Virus record (IMG/VR): IMGVR_UViG_3300021142_002226
Location: 64,001-128,000 of that record
Reading direction: 5' to 3' (one strand)
DNA length: 64,000 bases
From: a virus
In this document: piece after piece, positions 55,524-64,000 of the stretch
Layout of the letters: each line of letters opens with the position of its first letter
Numbering within the stretch: position 1 is the first letter of the stretch
Made by a program: the position numbers and the translations under genes
Notes under the pieces: model-generated
Told to the model about the DNA's origin: nothing
Seen by the model: the letters and a program-made list of their open reading frames with translations, nothing else
Databases searched by the model: none

Positions 55524-57484
55524 TGGGTGCACAAAGTGAAATATTTGCAAGATATCGTTCATTATACGATGATTCGGTAATACAACCAACAGAAAGTCCA
55601 ACAAGTAAGAAAATTGACAACCTTAGCTTTGTCGATTTTTTGTTTGAGATAATCAAATCAACCAAAGGTCAAACTCAATTCAAAGATTTGATATTGAAGG
55701 GTTGTATGAGCGAATTAAAAAAAGGTGATGAGATTAATAAAGAAATAATTAATATTTTAATCCAAGATTTTGGTTGTAATAGCAATTTGTTAATTCCCAC
55801 AAATCTTACTGAATTATCTGTTAATGGTATTGAGTTGTCAAAAACGGAAATAGATTTGTTTGGTCTACTTAGTTTAGACCCTAATCAATCTCCAGGTAAA
55901 TATCTTTATGAAGGAAATGACATAACTAAACATGTAAATTTCTTTTTATATAAAGGACAAACTACAAACGAGAATTCACCAATATCTTTTAAATATAATA
56001 ATAACACTTTGTTCACAATATATGCAGAAGATAGTTCAACATTTGTTTTTAAATTTGGTAGTTTTTACAAGAATAAATTGTTTGGTGTATGGTTGGAAGA
56101 CTATTTAACAGCAATTTCACCAATATTTAATTTTGCTTTATTTTTATCAACAATCACAGATTTAGTAACTGGTGCCTTATCATTTGGTAGTTCCAAAACC
56201 GAAATACAATTAAGTCAACAAAATAGCATACTTGCGGCATTACAAAAGATTTTTGGGTTTTGTAGTGAATCAAATACTGGAAATAATAATACGAACGGAT
56301 CTCCTACAGGTTATCTTAATAATCAAAACGGTAATTTAAGTAATTCAAATAATGACGGTGCCATAACAACAAATTTTGGTGATACACAAACAAATGATTT
56401 GAATAATGGTGATACAACAGATTATTTTGCATTTGATGCACCAACACTTGATGAAATTAATACGCAAGCACAATTACAATCTGATAATTTAGTAAGATTT
56501 TCAACTTGTGATAACTTAGATGTTCCAGTTGATTCAGCGGCTGTTATCAATGCATTAGATAGCTTGTTCAACATTTCAAAAAATGATACACAAATTGTTG
56601 ATTACACTAAAGGTAATTCAGCATTATCTGATCCATCTTTAAAATTACCAGTTAATGCTGATCCAACAGCATACGATAACACAAATGTTAAACCAAATGT
56701 TGACCAGGCTACAGAATTGTTATCATCATCTATAAGTCAAGGATTAACAGATTTATTAAATGGTGGTGAAATTACTTTACAGGTAGATTTACCAAATATA
56801 AATGCTGAGTTTCAATTAAACATTTTAAAATCAATACCATATGCAGCAATGCAAATGATGCTTTCACCTAAACTATTACTTATACCTAAATTGTATGGTT
56901 ATTTATCTGGTGATACGTCAACAAAAGCTTCAACTGAAGTTGTTAATCAATTGTCTGTTATTATTGCAAAAATTGGGGAAGTAATTGTAAAACTTATTAT
57001 TGACAACATATTCAATTCGATCAAAAATGATTTGATCAATCTCGCTAAAAATCTTGCGTTGAATTATTTAAAACAAAGAGGTATAGATTATTTAGCTTGT
57101 CTTTCATCATTACTCGGTTTACTTGGTATATTTAACGGTTTTAGTAGTAACTGTACAAGTATCCTTGACCAGTTATTAAAGATTTTAAAATTGGCAAATC
57201 TGGCAACACCAATGCCACCAATTCCTCCACCGTTGATTCTTGTTGCAGGAGCTTTGAAACCTGGTATGAACCATGTTGCACTTATGGGTGATATAAAATC
57301 TGCTTTAGAACAAAAAGGAATTGTGACCGCACCAACTTTACCAGACGGCTCACCAAATAATATGATGATTGCTATTGAAGAAACCATGAAAGCAACCATA
57401 ACACACATAAAAACAAATGCTAATATTTCAGTTGCCGTTTCTGGTAGCCCAGTATTACAATTTGGTTACGGTCAAATTCAATAA
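55523..57484 (+). CDS. Probable virion structural protein
   Basis: 653 aa, N/S/T-rich, upstream of the spike-like gene. Confidence 0.55.
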   Translation: MGAQSEIFARYRSLYDDSVIQPTESPTSKKIDNLSFVDFLFEIIKSTKGQTQFKDLILKGCMSELKKGDEINKEIINILIQDFGCNSNLLIPTNLTELSVNGIELSKTEIDLFGLLSLDPNQSPGKYLYEGNDITKHVNFFLYKGQTTNENSPISFKYNNNTLFTIYAEDSSTFVFKFGSFYKNKLFGVWLEDYLTAISPIFNFALFLSTITDLVTGALSFGSSKTEIQLSQQNSILAALQKIFGFCSESNTGNNNTNGSPTGYLNNQNGNLSNSNNDGAITTNFGDTQTNDLNNGDTTDYFAFDAPTLDEINTQAQLQSDNLVRFSTCDNLDVPVDSAAVINALDSLFNISKNDTQIVDYTKGNSALSDPSLKLPVNADPTAYDNTNVKPNVDQATELLSSSISQGLTDLLNGGEITLQVDLPNINAEFQLNILKSIPYAAMQMMLSPKLLLIPKLYGYLSGDTSTKASTEVVNQLSVIIAKIGEVIVKLIIDNIFNSIKNDLINLAKNLALNYLKQRGIDYLACLSSLLGLLGIFNGFSSNCTSILDQLLKILKLANLATPMPPIPPPLILVAGALKPGMNHVALMGDIKSALEQKGIVTAPTLPDGSPNNMMIAIEETMKATITHIKTNANISVAVSGSPVLQFGYGQIQ

Positions 57485-57486
57485 AT

Positions 57487-57699
57487 ATGAAAAATAAAAT
57501 ATTGGAAGAAATTTGTAAAACATATAAAGATAAATCTAACAAAGACTTATCTAAAATTGCTGTTAATTTGAATAATGACTTTAATGTTATGAAAGAAACA
57601 TTATTAGAATTAACGATTGCTTTAGGTGAGATTGAGGAAACTTATGATAAGGTTTATAATGAGTTACAAAAACGTTTAAAATTTAAGGATAATGGCTAA
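57487..57699 (+). CDS. Small coiled-coil hypothetical protein
   Basis: 70 aa ORF, tightly packed. Confidence 0.6.
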   Translation: MKNKILEEICKTYKDKSNKDLSKIAVNLNNDFNVMKETLLELTIALGEIEETYDKVYNELQKRLKFKDNG

Positions 57700-59317
57700 T
57701 ATTGAAGTATTATATGGTGTATGTGTTTTTAATGATGATCCTGATAATTCAGAAAGGATCCGTTTTTATGATGTTTCTTTATTAGAAAATGCAACAAGAA
57801 CAGTTAAAGATATTGAAGCTATAATAGGTACTAATGATAATACTAATACCTATTTACCGTGGAGATATTCCACAGGAAACAAAAAAACAGATCCATATCT
57901 GTCAGAACCCTTTTTACCAAAATTTTTCAATATTGTACCAAATCCTGGCCAATTAGTTAAACTAATCAAATACAATACACAACCTGAAAAATATGAATAT
58001 GTTGGACCTATCACAACGGATATAATACAATCAAAGCAAGGTTATTACATGGGACTTCAAAAGTCCAGACCAAATAATAATGGCGCATCTGGTATTGTTC
58101 CAGACCCTTCTAAATTTACAATAAACGGTAAAGATAATGAACAAATTATACTTGGTGGTAATAGTATAATACAAAGATTAGATTATTTTACATCACAAAA
58201 ACAAAAAAAAGATAATTATCCTTTTATACAATTTGTTGAATTTCCTTCAAAATCAACTATTGATACTGTAACAAGTACACAAGTAAAAGAAATAGATTTT
58301 AGTATAGATTTTGTCGTTTCGGTAAAATTTGACTATAAACAAGCAACTTCAGCTGATGATAAAAATCTAACTTGTTATATACAAATTTATGACTCAAAAA
58401 AAATTATTAATCCAAACGGTTTGTCTGGACTAAAAAAATCTATGGTTACCTTCACGGATGGTTTTAGATCTACATTAAATAATCCAGTCATAACTTTTAC
58501 AATAACAACTAAATCTGCTAATAAATTAATCGAAACATTTACTGATGTTTTAACATCAATGAAAAATCAGTTAATATACAAGTACCCTTCAAACTATAAC
58601 ATCGAAGATTTTACCTATACTGATAGCACTCAAAATATTAACATTGTTAATCAATTTGGATTTTTACCCAATGATGGTGGTGCGTTACCAGAAACACCTA
58701 ATACCATAGTAAATAATAATTTTGTTGTTATAGGTGATATTACCCAAGTAGCTTTTACAACATTGAGTCAAGCCACATTAAGCTCAACATACGGTGTTAA
58801 GAATATTTCTGACGATCCTGAATTTCTCACTATAGCAAATTTTGTATCTCAAAGAACTTATGAAAATTTTGTAACCAAATTACAAAATACGTCTAAAGTT
58901 GAAACAACAACATCAGATACTAATAGTTTTCAAAACACAACCGATAGTGTACATATACAACATGTAGATAAAATATTACTTTATTCTACAGAGAATGATA
59001 TACCACTTGTGGAAAAAACAGCGTCAGTAGACGGCACAACACAACAAAAAATTGCTGAAATATTCAAAAATTCTGGCTCACAAGAAGAAAGATTCAAATT
59101 AGCATCCCCAGCAGTTCGAGGTGACAAATTATTAAATATTTTAATACGTCTAATTGGTTTATTATTAAATCATGGTCACGTTGCTGGTGTTAATGTATCC
59201 GATTCTTTAGATGAAACATCAAGGCAAGAATTGGCAAGCATAATACAAGACCTACAAAAAGATTTACAGGACGATAAAAATAGTGTAACTCTTAACCATT
59301 ATATACGATTAAATTAA
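57692..59317 (+). CDS. Baseplate central spike-like protein (gp5/gpV OB-fold N-terminus)
   Basis: GVCVFNDDPDNSERIR...PFLPKFFNIVPNPGQLVK at the N-terminus; AVRGDKL...L.NHGH at the C-terminus (His pair typical of spike tips). Confidence 0.6.
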   Translation: MANIEVLYGVCVFNDDPDNSERIRFYDVSLLENATRTVKDIEAIIGTNDNTNTYLPWRYSTGNKKTDPYLSEPFLPKFFNIVPNPGQLVKLIKYNTQPEKYEYVGPITTDIIQSKQGYYMGLQKSRPNNNGASGIVPDPSKFTINGKDNEQIILGGNSIIQRLDYFTSQKQKKDNYPFIQFVEFPSKSTIDTVTSTQVKEIDFSIDFVVSVKFDYKQATSADDKNLTCYIQIYDSKKIINPNGLSGLKKSMVTFTDGFRSTLNNPVITFTITTKSANKLIETFTDVLTSMKNQLIYKYPSNYNIEDFTYTDSTQNINIVNQFGFLPNDGGALPETPNTIVNNNFVVIGDITQVAFTTLSQATLSSTYGVKNISDDPEFLTIANFVSQRTYENFVTKLQNTSKVETTTSDTNSFQNTTDSVHIQHVDKILLYSTENDIPLVEKTASVDGTTQQKIAEIFKNSGSQEERFKLASPAVRGDKLLNILIRLIGLLLNHGHVAGVNVSDSLDETSRQELASIIQDLQKDLQDDKNSVTLNHYIRLN

Positions 59318-59330
59318 ACTATTTATCAAT

Positions 59331-60722
59331 ATGGGTATTTATAGAACATATTTTGATAAAAATAATACGATTGTTAAGAATAGTTATGTAAACACGGCTA
59401 AAAACCCTGTTTCAGAACTATATTGCGGCGCAAATATTAGTCGATTTCTTTTCTTTTGTAATTTTTCTGAGCTATCGAGCATGGCTGCCGATAAGAGTGT
59501 AATTTTAGATAGTAACACAAGACATATATTAAAAATTAAAAATACATCTGATTTTGATGTAAAAGATTATCTCAATATTGATAATAATCTTGCTATTGGT
59601 GATGGTGAAAGAGCAACATCAATAGATCTGGAGCTCAGACCAATGACACAATTTTGGGATGAGGGTACAGGTTATGATTTTAATCCAGTATTACTTCTGG
59701 GTGATCAAAGTTTTAAATCCGAAGCATCTAATTGGTACCAAGCGACAATAAATAATCGCTTTCATGTTAGTGGTGCAACAGACACCAACATGGTTATTGG
59801 TACACAACATATGGATAACGGAGATGAAAATATTGAGATAGATATTACTAATTATATTAATGCTATTTTGACAACTGGTGTTACGGTTACAACATATACA
59901 GGAGTTTCACACAACTACCAAGGTTTTTGTTTGAAATATACAGATCAAACCGAAAATGCTATGACTGGTATTACAAGAACCCTCGGTTTATATACAAAAT
60001 ATACCCAAACATTTTTCGAACCTTTTATAGAAACTTATTACGATGATTTGATAAAAGATGATCGTGTAAATTTTTACCCAAATAAGGATAATAATTTATT
60101 TTTATATGTTAATGTTAGAGGTAATGCGACTAATTTAGATAGTTTACCTACATGTACCATAAGTGGTATCACATATACGGTACAACAAAAGAATAAAGGT
60201 GTATATTTTGTAACGGTACCAGCTGCAACAAGCAATATGTTCGATACTTATACCCAATATAACGATATTTGGTCTGGTTTGGTTGTAAATGGTGTTAGTT
60301 TACCAAACGTTTCACTTAAATTTATACCGCTGGATAATTCAAGTTATTATCAGATAGGTTCAAACACTTCAGAACCAGTTAAATATGCGGTTTCATTGAG
60401 TGGAATTAAATTTGGGGAAGTTCTTGACCAAGGAAATATTAGAAGAGTTAATGTATTATTGAGAAAGCCATATACCTTAAATGATTACGACTTTGTTGAT
60501 AACGTATTCTATAGATTATATGTAAAACAAGGTAATAATTTGGTAGAAGTATTAGATTGGCAAGAAATAGGTAAGTCTTATGATAGCCATTTTTTTAATA
60601 TTAATACAACTTGGATGATACCACAAACTTATTATATTGACATCAAAACTGTTATAGCTGGCGAAGTGAATATTTATAATGAGGAATTAAAATTCACAGT
60701 TAACAGTAAAATTTTTAATTAA
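59331..60722 (+). CDS. Virion structural protein (beta-sandwich, DNRLRE-like N-terminus)
   Basis: 463 aa. YFDKNNTI...SRFLFF...WDEGTGYD...IEIDITNY. TATTTATC motif at 59320 upstream. Confidence 0.5.
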   Translation: MGIYRTYFDKNNTIVKNSYVNTAKNPVSELYCGANISRFLFFCNFSELSSMAADKSVILDSNTRHILKIKNTSDFDVKDYLNIDNNLAIGDGERATSIDLELRPMTQFWDEGTGYDFNPVLLLGDQSFKSEASNWYQATINNRFHVSGATDTNMVIGTQHMDNGDENIEIDITNYINAILTTGVTVTTYTGVSHNYQGFCLKYTDQTENAMTGITRTLGLYTKYTQTFFEPFIETYYDDLIKDDRVNFYPNKDNNLFLYVNVRGNATNLDSLPTCTISGITYTVQQKNKGVYFVTVPAATSNMFDTYTQYNDIWSGLVVNGVSLPNVSLKFIPLDNSSYYQIGSNTSEPVKYAVSLSGIKFGEVLDQGNIRRVNVLLRKPYTLNDYDFVDNVFYRLYVKQGNNLVEVLDWQEIGKSYDSHFFNINTTWMIPQTYYIDIKTVIAGEVNIYNEELKFTVNSKIFN

Positions 60723-60724
60723 TT

Positions 60725-61120
60725 ATGTATTTAGTTTATATCAACCCATTAGGTAGAAATTACAAAGGTGAATTTATATATGAATTTATTTTTAGTGACT
60801 CAAAAGAAATAGAACTTGGTGAAGATTGGATGGTTAATCCAGCATCAAGTGGTCAACTTACACCACCACCAATTTCTGAAATAAAAAATGTTGAGGTATT
60901 ACAAAACGAAAATATCGAATTAGAATTAGTTATATATTCAGATAATTTTTCTATGCTTGAGGCTGTTGAAAATATCATAGCTTTGGGTTGGGAAAAAGAA
61001 ACACCTGATAATGACACCAGATTAGTGTTTCATTTTGGAGAGGAACAAAGAAGTGTTATAGATAAACTATACGAAAGAGATATAGCCTTCAACAATAAAA
61101 AAACAGTAAAAACAACATAA
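60725..61120 (+). CDS. Hypothetical protein
   Basis: 131 aa ORF in the operon. Confidence 0.7.
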   Translation: MYLVYINPLGRNYKGEFIYEFIFSDSKEIELGEDWMVNPASSGQLTPPPISEIKNVEVLQNENIELELVIYSDNFSMLEAVENIIALGWEKETPDNDTRLVFHFGEEQRSVIDKLYERDIAFNNKKTVKTT

Positions 61121-61122
61121 TC

Positions 61123-61962
61123 ATGACAAAACAAGAAATATTAAAAGAGCTTCAATCAAAACAACCAGTTTTAAATTTGAATGCGGTAAATAAACAAAAT
61201 TTGCCAAAAATAACTCAGAGTCTACAAAAAGTTATTCAAGCTCAAGACAATTTAAATAAACAGAACCAAACATTAGTACAGACAGCATCTGGTATGAAAG
61301 GGCAACAATCACAACAGACTTCTGGCGCACCAATATCAGAGGATGATGAAAATACAGGTTCACCGTACCCTGGTACCGTTGACGGTACAGGTGAAAGTCA
61401 TGCCTATGAACCTAAAGGTGTTCCTGAAGCTGGAGTACCTCCAATCGGTGCTGCATCAACACCTATGGGAATGAAAGATATGGCTGCTGATAGCATACCT
61501 GTAATGGAAAATGAGGATGACAGTGAGGAACCAACAAGAAGATATGAAATTGAAGACCATATCAATGACTTATTAAAATCTATGTTTGGTTTTAAATATT
61601 ATTTCGGCTCTGAGCAAGAAGAACCACCAACAATTATTCAAAAGAAAGATATACAAGGTTCATTATTTCCAATGAAACCTGTGGCTAAAGAAGAATACCC
61701 ATATTTTGACAACTTGAGTAATAATAGAAAAAACGAATTATTAAGTGACCGTGAGTTTGTTCAAGTAATGAAACTATTAGATTTTGATAAATTTCCTGAA
61801 GCATTAAACGCTTTGATTCGTATGAAAGAAAAAATGTTATCTGAAAATTTGGTAAATTCTAAAATGTTTAGTATTATTGCTGAAAATGAAATCCCAACAA
61901 TATCAAAAGGTGATTTTATATCATATTTAAAATCAAAGAAAGATGAAAAATTTAACAGCTAA
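61123..61962 (+). CDS. Acidic low-complexity hypothetical protein
   Basis: 279 aa ORF, Q/E/P-rich. Confidence 0.7.
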   Translation: MTKQEILKELQSKQPVLNLNAVNKQNLPKITQSLQKVIQAQDNLNKQNQTLVQTASGMKGQQSQQTSGAPISEDDENTGSPYPGTVDGTGESHAYEPKGVPEAGVPPIGAASTPMGMKDMAADSIPVMENEDDSEEPTRRYEIEDHINDLLKSMFGFKYYFGSEQEEPPTIIQKKDIQGSLFPMKPVAKEEYPYFDNLSNNRKNELLSDREFVQVMKLLDFDKFPEALNALIRMKEKMLSENLVNSKMFSIIAENEIPTISKGDFISYLKSKKDEKFNS

Positions 61963-62068
61963 CGCTCCGATTACTACACCAACAATTACTCCCACGATCA
62001 CACCAACACAAGATCCGAGTAAGATTAACATTGAAAAACCAAGTGTTGACCCAGCTCCAAAAGCTTAA
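61943..62068 (+). CDS. Small Thr/Pro-rich peptide (41 aa)
   Basis: Manual translation MKNLTANAPITTPTITPTITPTQDPSKINIEKPSVDPAPKA. Overlaps the previous stop by 20 nt and fills an otherwise empty gap. Confidence 0.5.
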   Translation: MKNLTANAPITTPTITPTITPTQDPSKINIEKPSVDPAPKA

Positions 62069-62073
62069 AAATA

Positions 62074-62105
62074 TTTGGTTTTTCCAAAATTATTTATTAA
62101 ATTTG
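62074..62105 (+). promoter_or_regulatory. Bacteroidota sigma70 consensus promoter TTTG-N20-TAAATTTG
   Basis: TTTG at 62074-62077, a 20-nt spacer, TAAATTTG at 62098-62105, then the ATG at 62134. Confidence 0.6.
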
Positions 62106-62133
62106 CCTTGTCTAATAAAACAAGGCTTTTTTT
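62105..62133 (+). terminator. Rho-independent terminator abutting the next start codon
   Basis: gccttgt, an 8-nt loop, acaaggc, then T7 and the ATG at 62134. Confidence 0.65.
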
Positions 62134-63276
62134 ATGCGTAAATCTGGTATCAAAATTGAGGGTTACCCAAATTTCATTCACCCTAAAAATATCTCAAACC
62201 TATCATCAAGAAAACATCCTTTAGGTAATTTGCCAATCTATTCCGATAATGATAAAAATTCTCATCAAGAAGAATTACTTGCTTCAGATAGATATAAGTT
62301 TTTAATTGACGAATATTGTCGTACACATAATTGTCAAATTAATGAAATAAAACCTATAAATATTATGATGGAAGCCAGTTTAGGTGGTCATCAATTGATG
62401 AGTTTAGAACAATCCCACAGAACCGAATTAATCAAAATTGCTGAAGAAATTGTTAGGTCTGAATATAATTTGGATAAATCTGAATTATTGTTTGACCTTG
62501 AAATTTTGGATACACCAACAACTAATTTTCCTGAAGGTATGAATTCTGAAGATAAATTTGATTTTGAATCAGAAAGTGATATACCAGATAATATAAAAGA
62601 TGAAATTGTAAAAAGAAGAATTGTTAATTCTCTATGTCAGGGTGCCGCAAAAAAAGGTCACTTTATGTTTCATTTAGCTGGTGATAAATTGAATGATTTA
62701 ATCCCAGGAATAGTAGATAGTTATCAAAAAATAGTACTATCTAACGATATTCTTTATTACATGATGTCAGATGATGATTTTAATAACTTCATTGAAAACG
62801 ACCAAACATCATCATATGTTAAATTGAATTTTGATGGTGATATTCCTGTAATAGAAGCAAAAGCGTTTTCTTTTCCTATACTTGTTCATGAAATGGTTAA
62901 AGGTGTAATTGAATTACTCGCAACTCAAGGTTACCCAAAAGATAAAGATATTGCAAAACAAGTTATCGAAACATGTGACGTTGTACGTGACGAAATGTGG
63001 GGTATCAGAATTGGCCCTGAACTATGGGTTAAATTTCATGAATTAATTCATCCATCAGATTATCATATAAAAAAACTAATCATACGTGACGTGTTCAAAC
63101 TGCCAGCGGATGAGTTTATTAATTTCTTCTATGATGTTTTAAATGACACAAAATCTGCTGAAAAAAAGGTTAAATATATTACATACAATATATTAGAAAA
63201 GATCTCAGAATATGAATTAAATAAAGATTCTGACGAGGATTTACCAGAAGTCGACTTCTCGCAATTTGACATTTAG
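62134..63276 (+). CDS. Conserved phage hypothetical protein
   Basis: 380 aa acidic ORF upstream of the terminase gene. Confidence 0.75.
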   Translation: MRKSGIKIEGYPNFIHPKNISNLSSRKHPLGNLPIYSDNDKNSHQEELLASDRYKFLIDEYCRTHNCQINEIKPINIMMEASLGGHQLMSLEQSHRTELIKIAEEIVRSEYNLDKSELLFDLEILDTPTTNFPEGMNSEDKFDFESESDIPDNIKDEIVKRRIVNSLCQGAAKKGHFMFHLAGDKLNDLIPGIVDSYQKIVLSNDILYYMMSDDDFNNFIENDQTSSYVKLNFDGDIPVIEAKAFSFPILVHEMVKGVIELLATQGYPKDKDIAKQVIETCDVVRDEMWGIRIGPELWVKFHELIHPSDYHIKKLIIRDVFKLPADEFINFFYDVLNDTKSAEKKVKYITYNILEKISEYELNKDSDEDLPEVDFSQFDI

Positions 63277-63315
63277 TCTTTACATTAACTATTTATCTAT
63301 ATATTATTATAATAT

Positions 63316-64000
63316 ATGGATAAAAAAGAATTATTAATTGAGTATAGTAAATGTGTTGCTGACCCATGTTATGTTATTGAAAATTACTATGTAACATTCG
63401 ATAAAACAAGGGAAAGTTATGTCCCATTCAAATTATTCGAAAGACAAAAAGAGCTCATAAGAAACTATGAAGCTAACAGGTATAACATTGTCTTAAAATA
63501 CAGACAAGCAGGTATTACAACTGTAACTGCTGCTTATGCGGCGGTTAAAGCGGTAATGGCAAACGCTGAAAACCCTGAAAGAATATTGATTCTTGCTAAT
63601 AAGCAAGAAACGGCAATAGAGTTTCTTACAAAGATAACCGACTTTATTAAACAATCACCTAATTGGTTGTTGACAAATATCGGAACATTTAATAAAGAGG
63701 GTAAAATTGATTTTACAAAGGGTGCCTCTAAACACGTTAAGTTTAAAAATGGTTCTGAAATCAAAGCGGTTGCAACATCTAAAGATGCCTTGCGTGGTTA
63801 CACACCAACAATCATGATTCTGGATGAGGGTGCGTTCATTGAGGGTGGTCAAGAATTATGGTCAGCATGTCTGGCCTCAGTTTCAACAGGTGGTAAAGTA
63901 TATCTTATCTCAACACCTAATGGTATGGATGAAATATACTACGAAGCTTATGAAGGTTCTGTTGACGGTACAAACAAATTCAAAATTACAGCGATCAAAT
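63316..64000 (+). CDS. terL: Terminase large subunit (partial, runs off window end)
   Basis: Not in the ORF track. Manual translation MDKKELLIEYSKCVADPCYVIENY...PFKLFERQ...VLKYRQAGITT...LRGYTPTIMILDEGAFI...LISTPNG (gp17-like ATPase). TATTTATC motif at 63290 upstream. Confidence 0.92.
   Translation, partial: MDKKELLIEYSKCVADPCYVIENYYVTFDKTRESYVPFKLFERQKELIRNYEANRYNIVLKYRQAGITTVTAAYAAVKAVMANAENPERILILANKQETAIEFLTKITDFIKQSPNWLLTNIGTFNKEGKIDFTKGASKHVKFKNGSEIKAVATSKDALRGYTPTIMILDEGAFIEGGQELWSACLASVSTGGKVYLISTPNGMDEIYYEAYEGSVDGTNKFKITAIK

Noticed and set aside
61940-61962. Frameshift fusing the 279-aa ORF to the Thr/Pro peptide
   Set aside because: No in-frame X XXY YYZ heptamer, and the small ORF has its own ATG; simple overlap is sufficient.
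63490-63525. Terminase Walker A lacking Lys (KYRQAGITT) as a sign of inactivation
   Set aside because: RQxG[IV][ST]T variants are common in gp17-like terminases, and Walker B and the coupling motif are intact.
1-64000. Stop-codon reassignment as in some large phages
   Set aside because: Very long ORFs are intact under the standard code, and TAG (31946, 63274) and TGA (34186) end genes at sensible boundaries.
1-64000. tRNA, rRNA or other structured RNA genes
   Set aside because: Intergenic gaps are short and AT-rich, and I recognised no cloverleaf or T-loop (GTTCGA-type) signatures there. tRNAscan-SE or Infernal would be decisive.

Overview
This 64 kb, very AT-rich window comes from a large contractile-tailed (myovirus-type, T4-like module) dsDNA bacteriophage. 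The host is probably Bacteroidota: TTTG-N20-TAnnTTTG promoters are present and I saw no Shine-Dalgarno motifs. Standard genetic code. Positions 1-28.5 kb are mostly minus-strand tail and baseplate genes (hub/lysozyme, wedge, tape measure, chaperone, tube, sheath, terminator, neck) interrupted by three free-standing endonucleases. Positions 28.5-64 kb are mostly plus strand: an SNF2 helicase with a Met1 class-3-like intein, a neck protein, a family B DNA polymerase, a glycosylation island, a gp55-like sigma factor, a spike-like protein and the start of the large terminase. The strongest leads are: (1) a TARG1/DarG-like macrodomain inserted in the proofreading domain of the DNA polymerase, possibly a polymerase-tethered DNA ADP-ribose eraser; (2) an apparently complete nonulosonic acid synthesis, activation and transfer cassette with five further glycosyltransferases; (3) an enriched [ST]-G-x-[ST] motif in virion proteins that could be the glycosylation target; (4) an AT-rich element with six AGGACC boxes between the sheath and tube genes. 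All product calls come from motif recognition by eye; no database searches were run.
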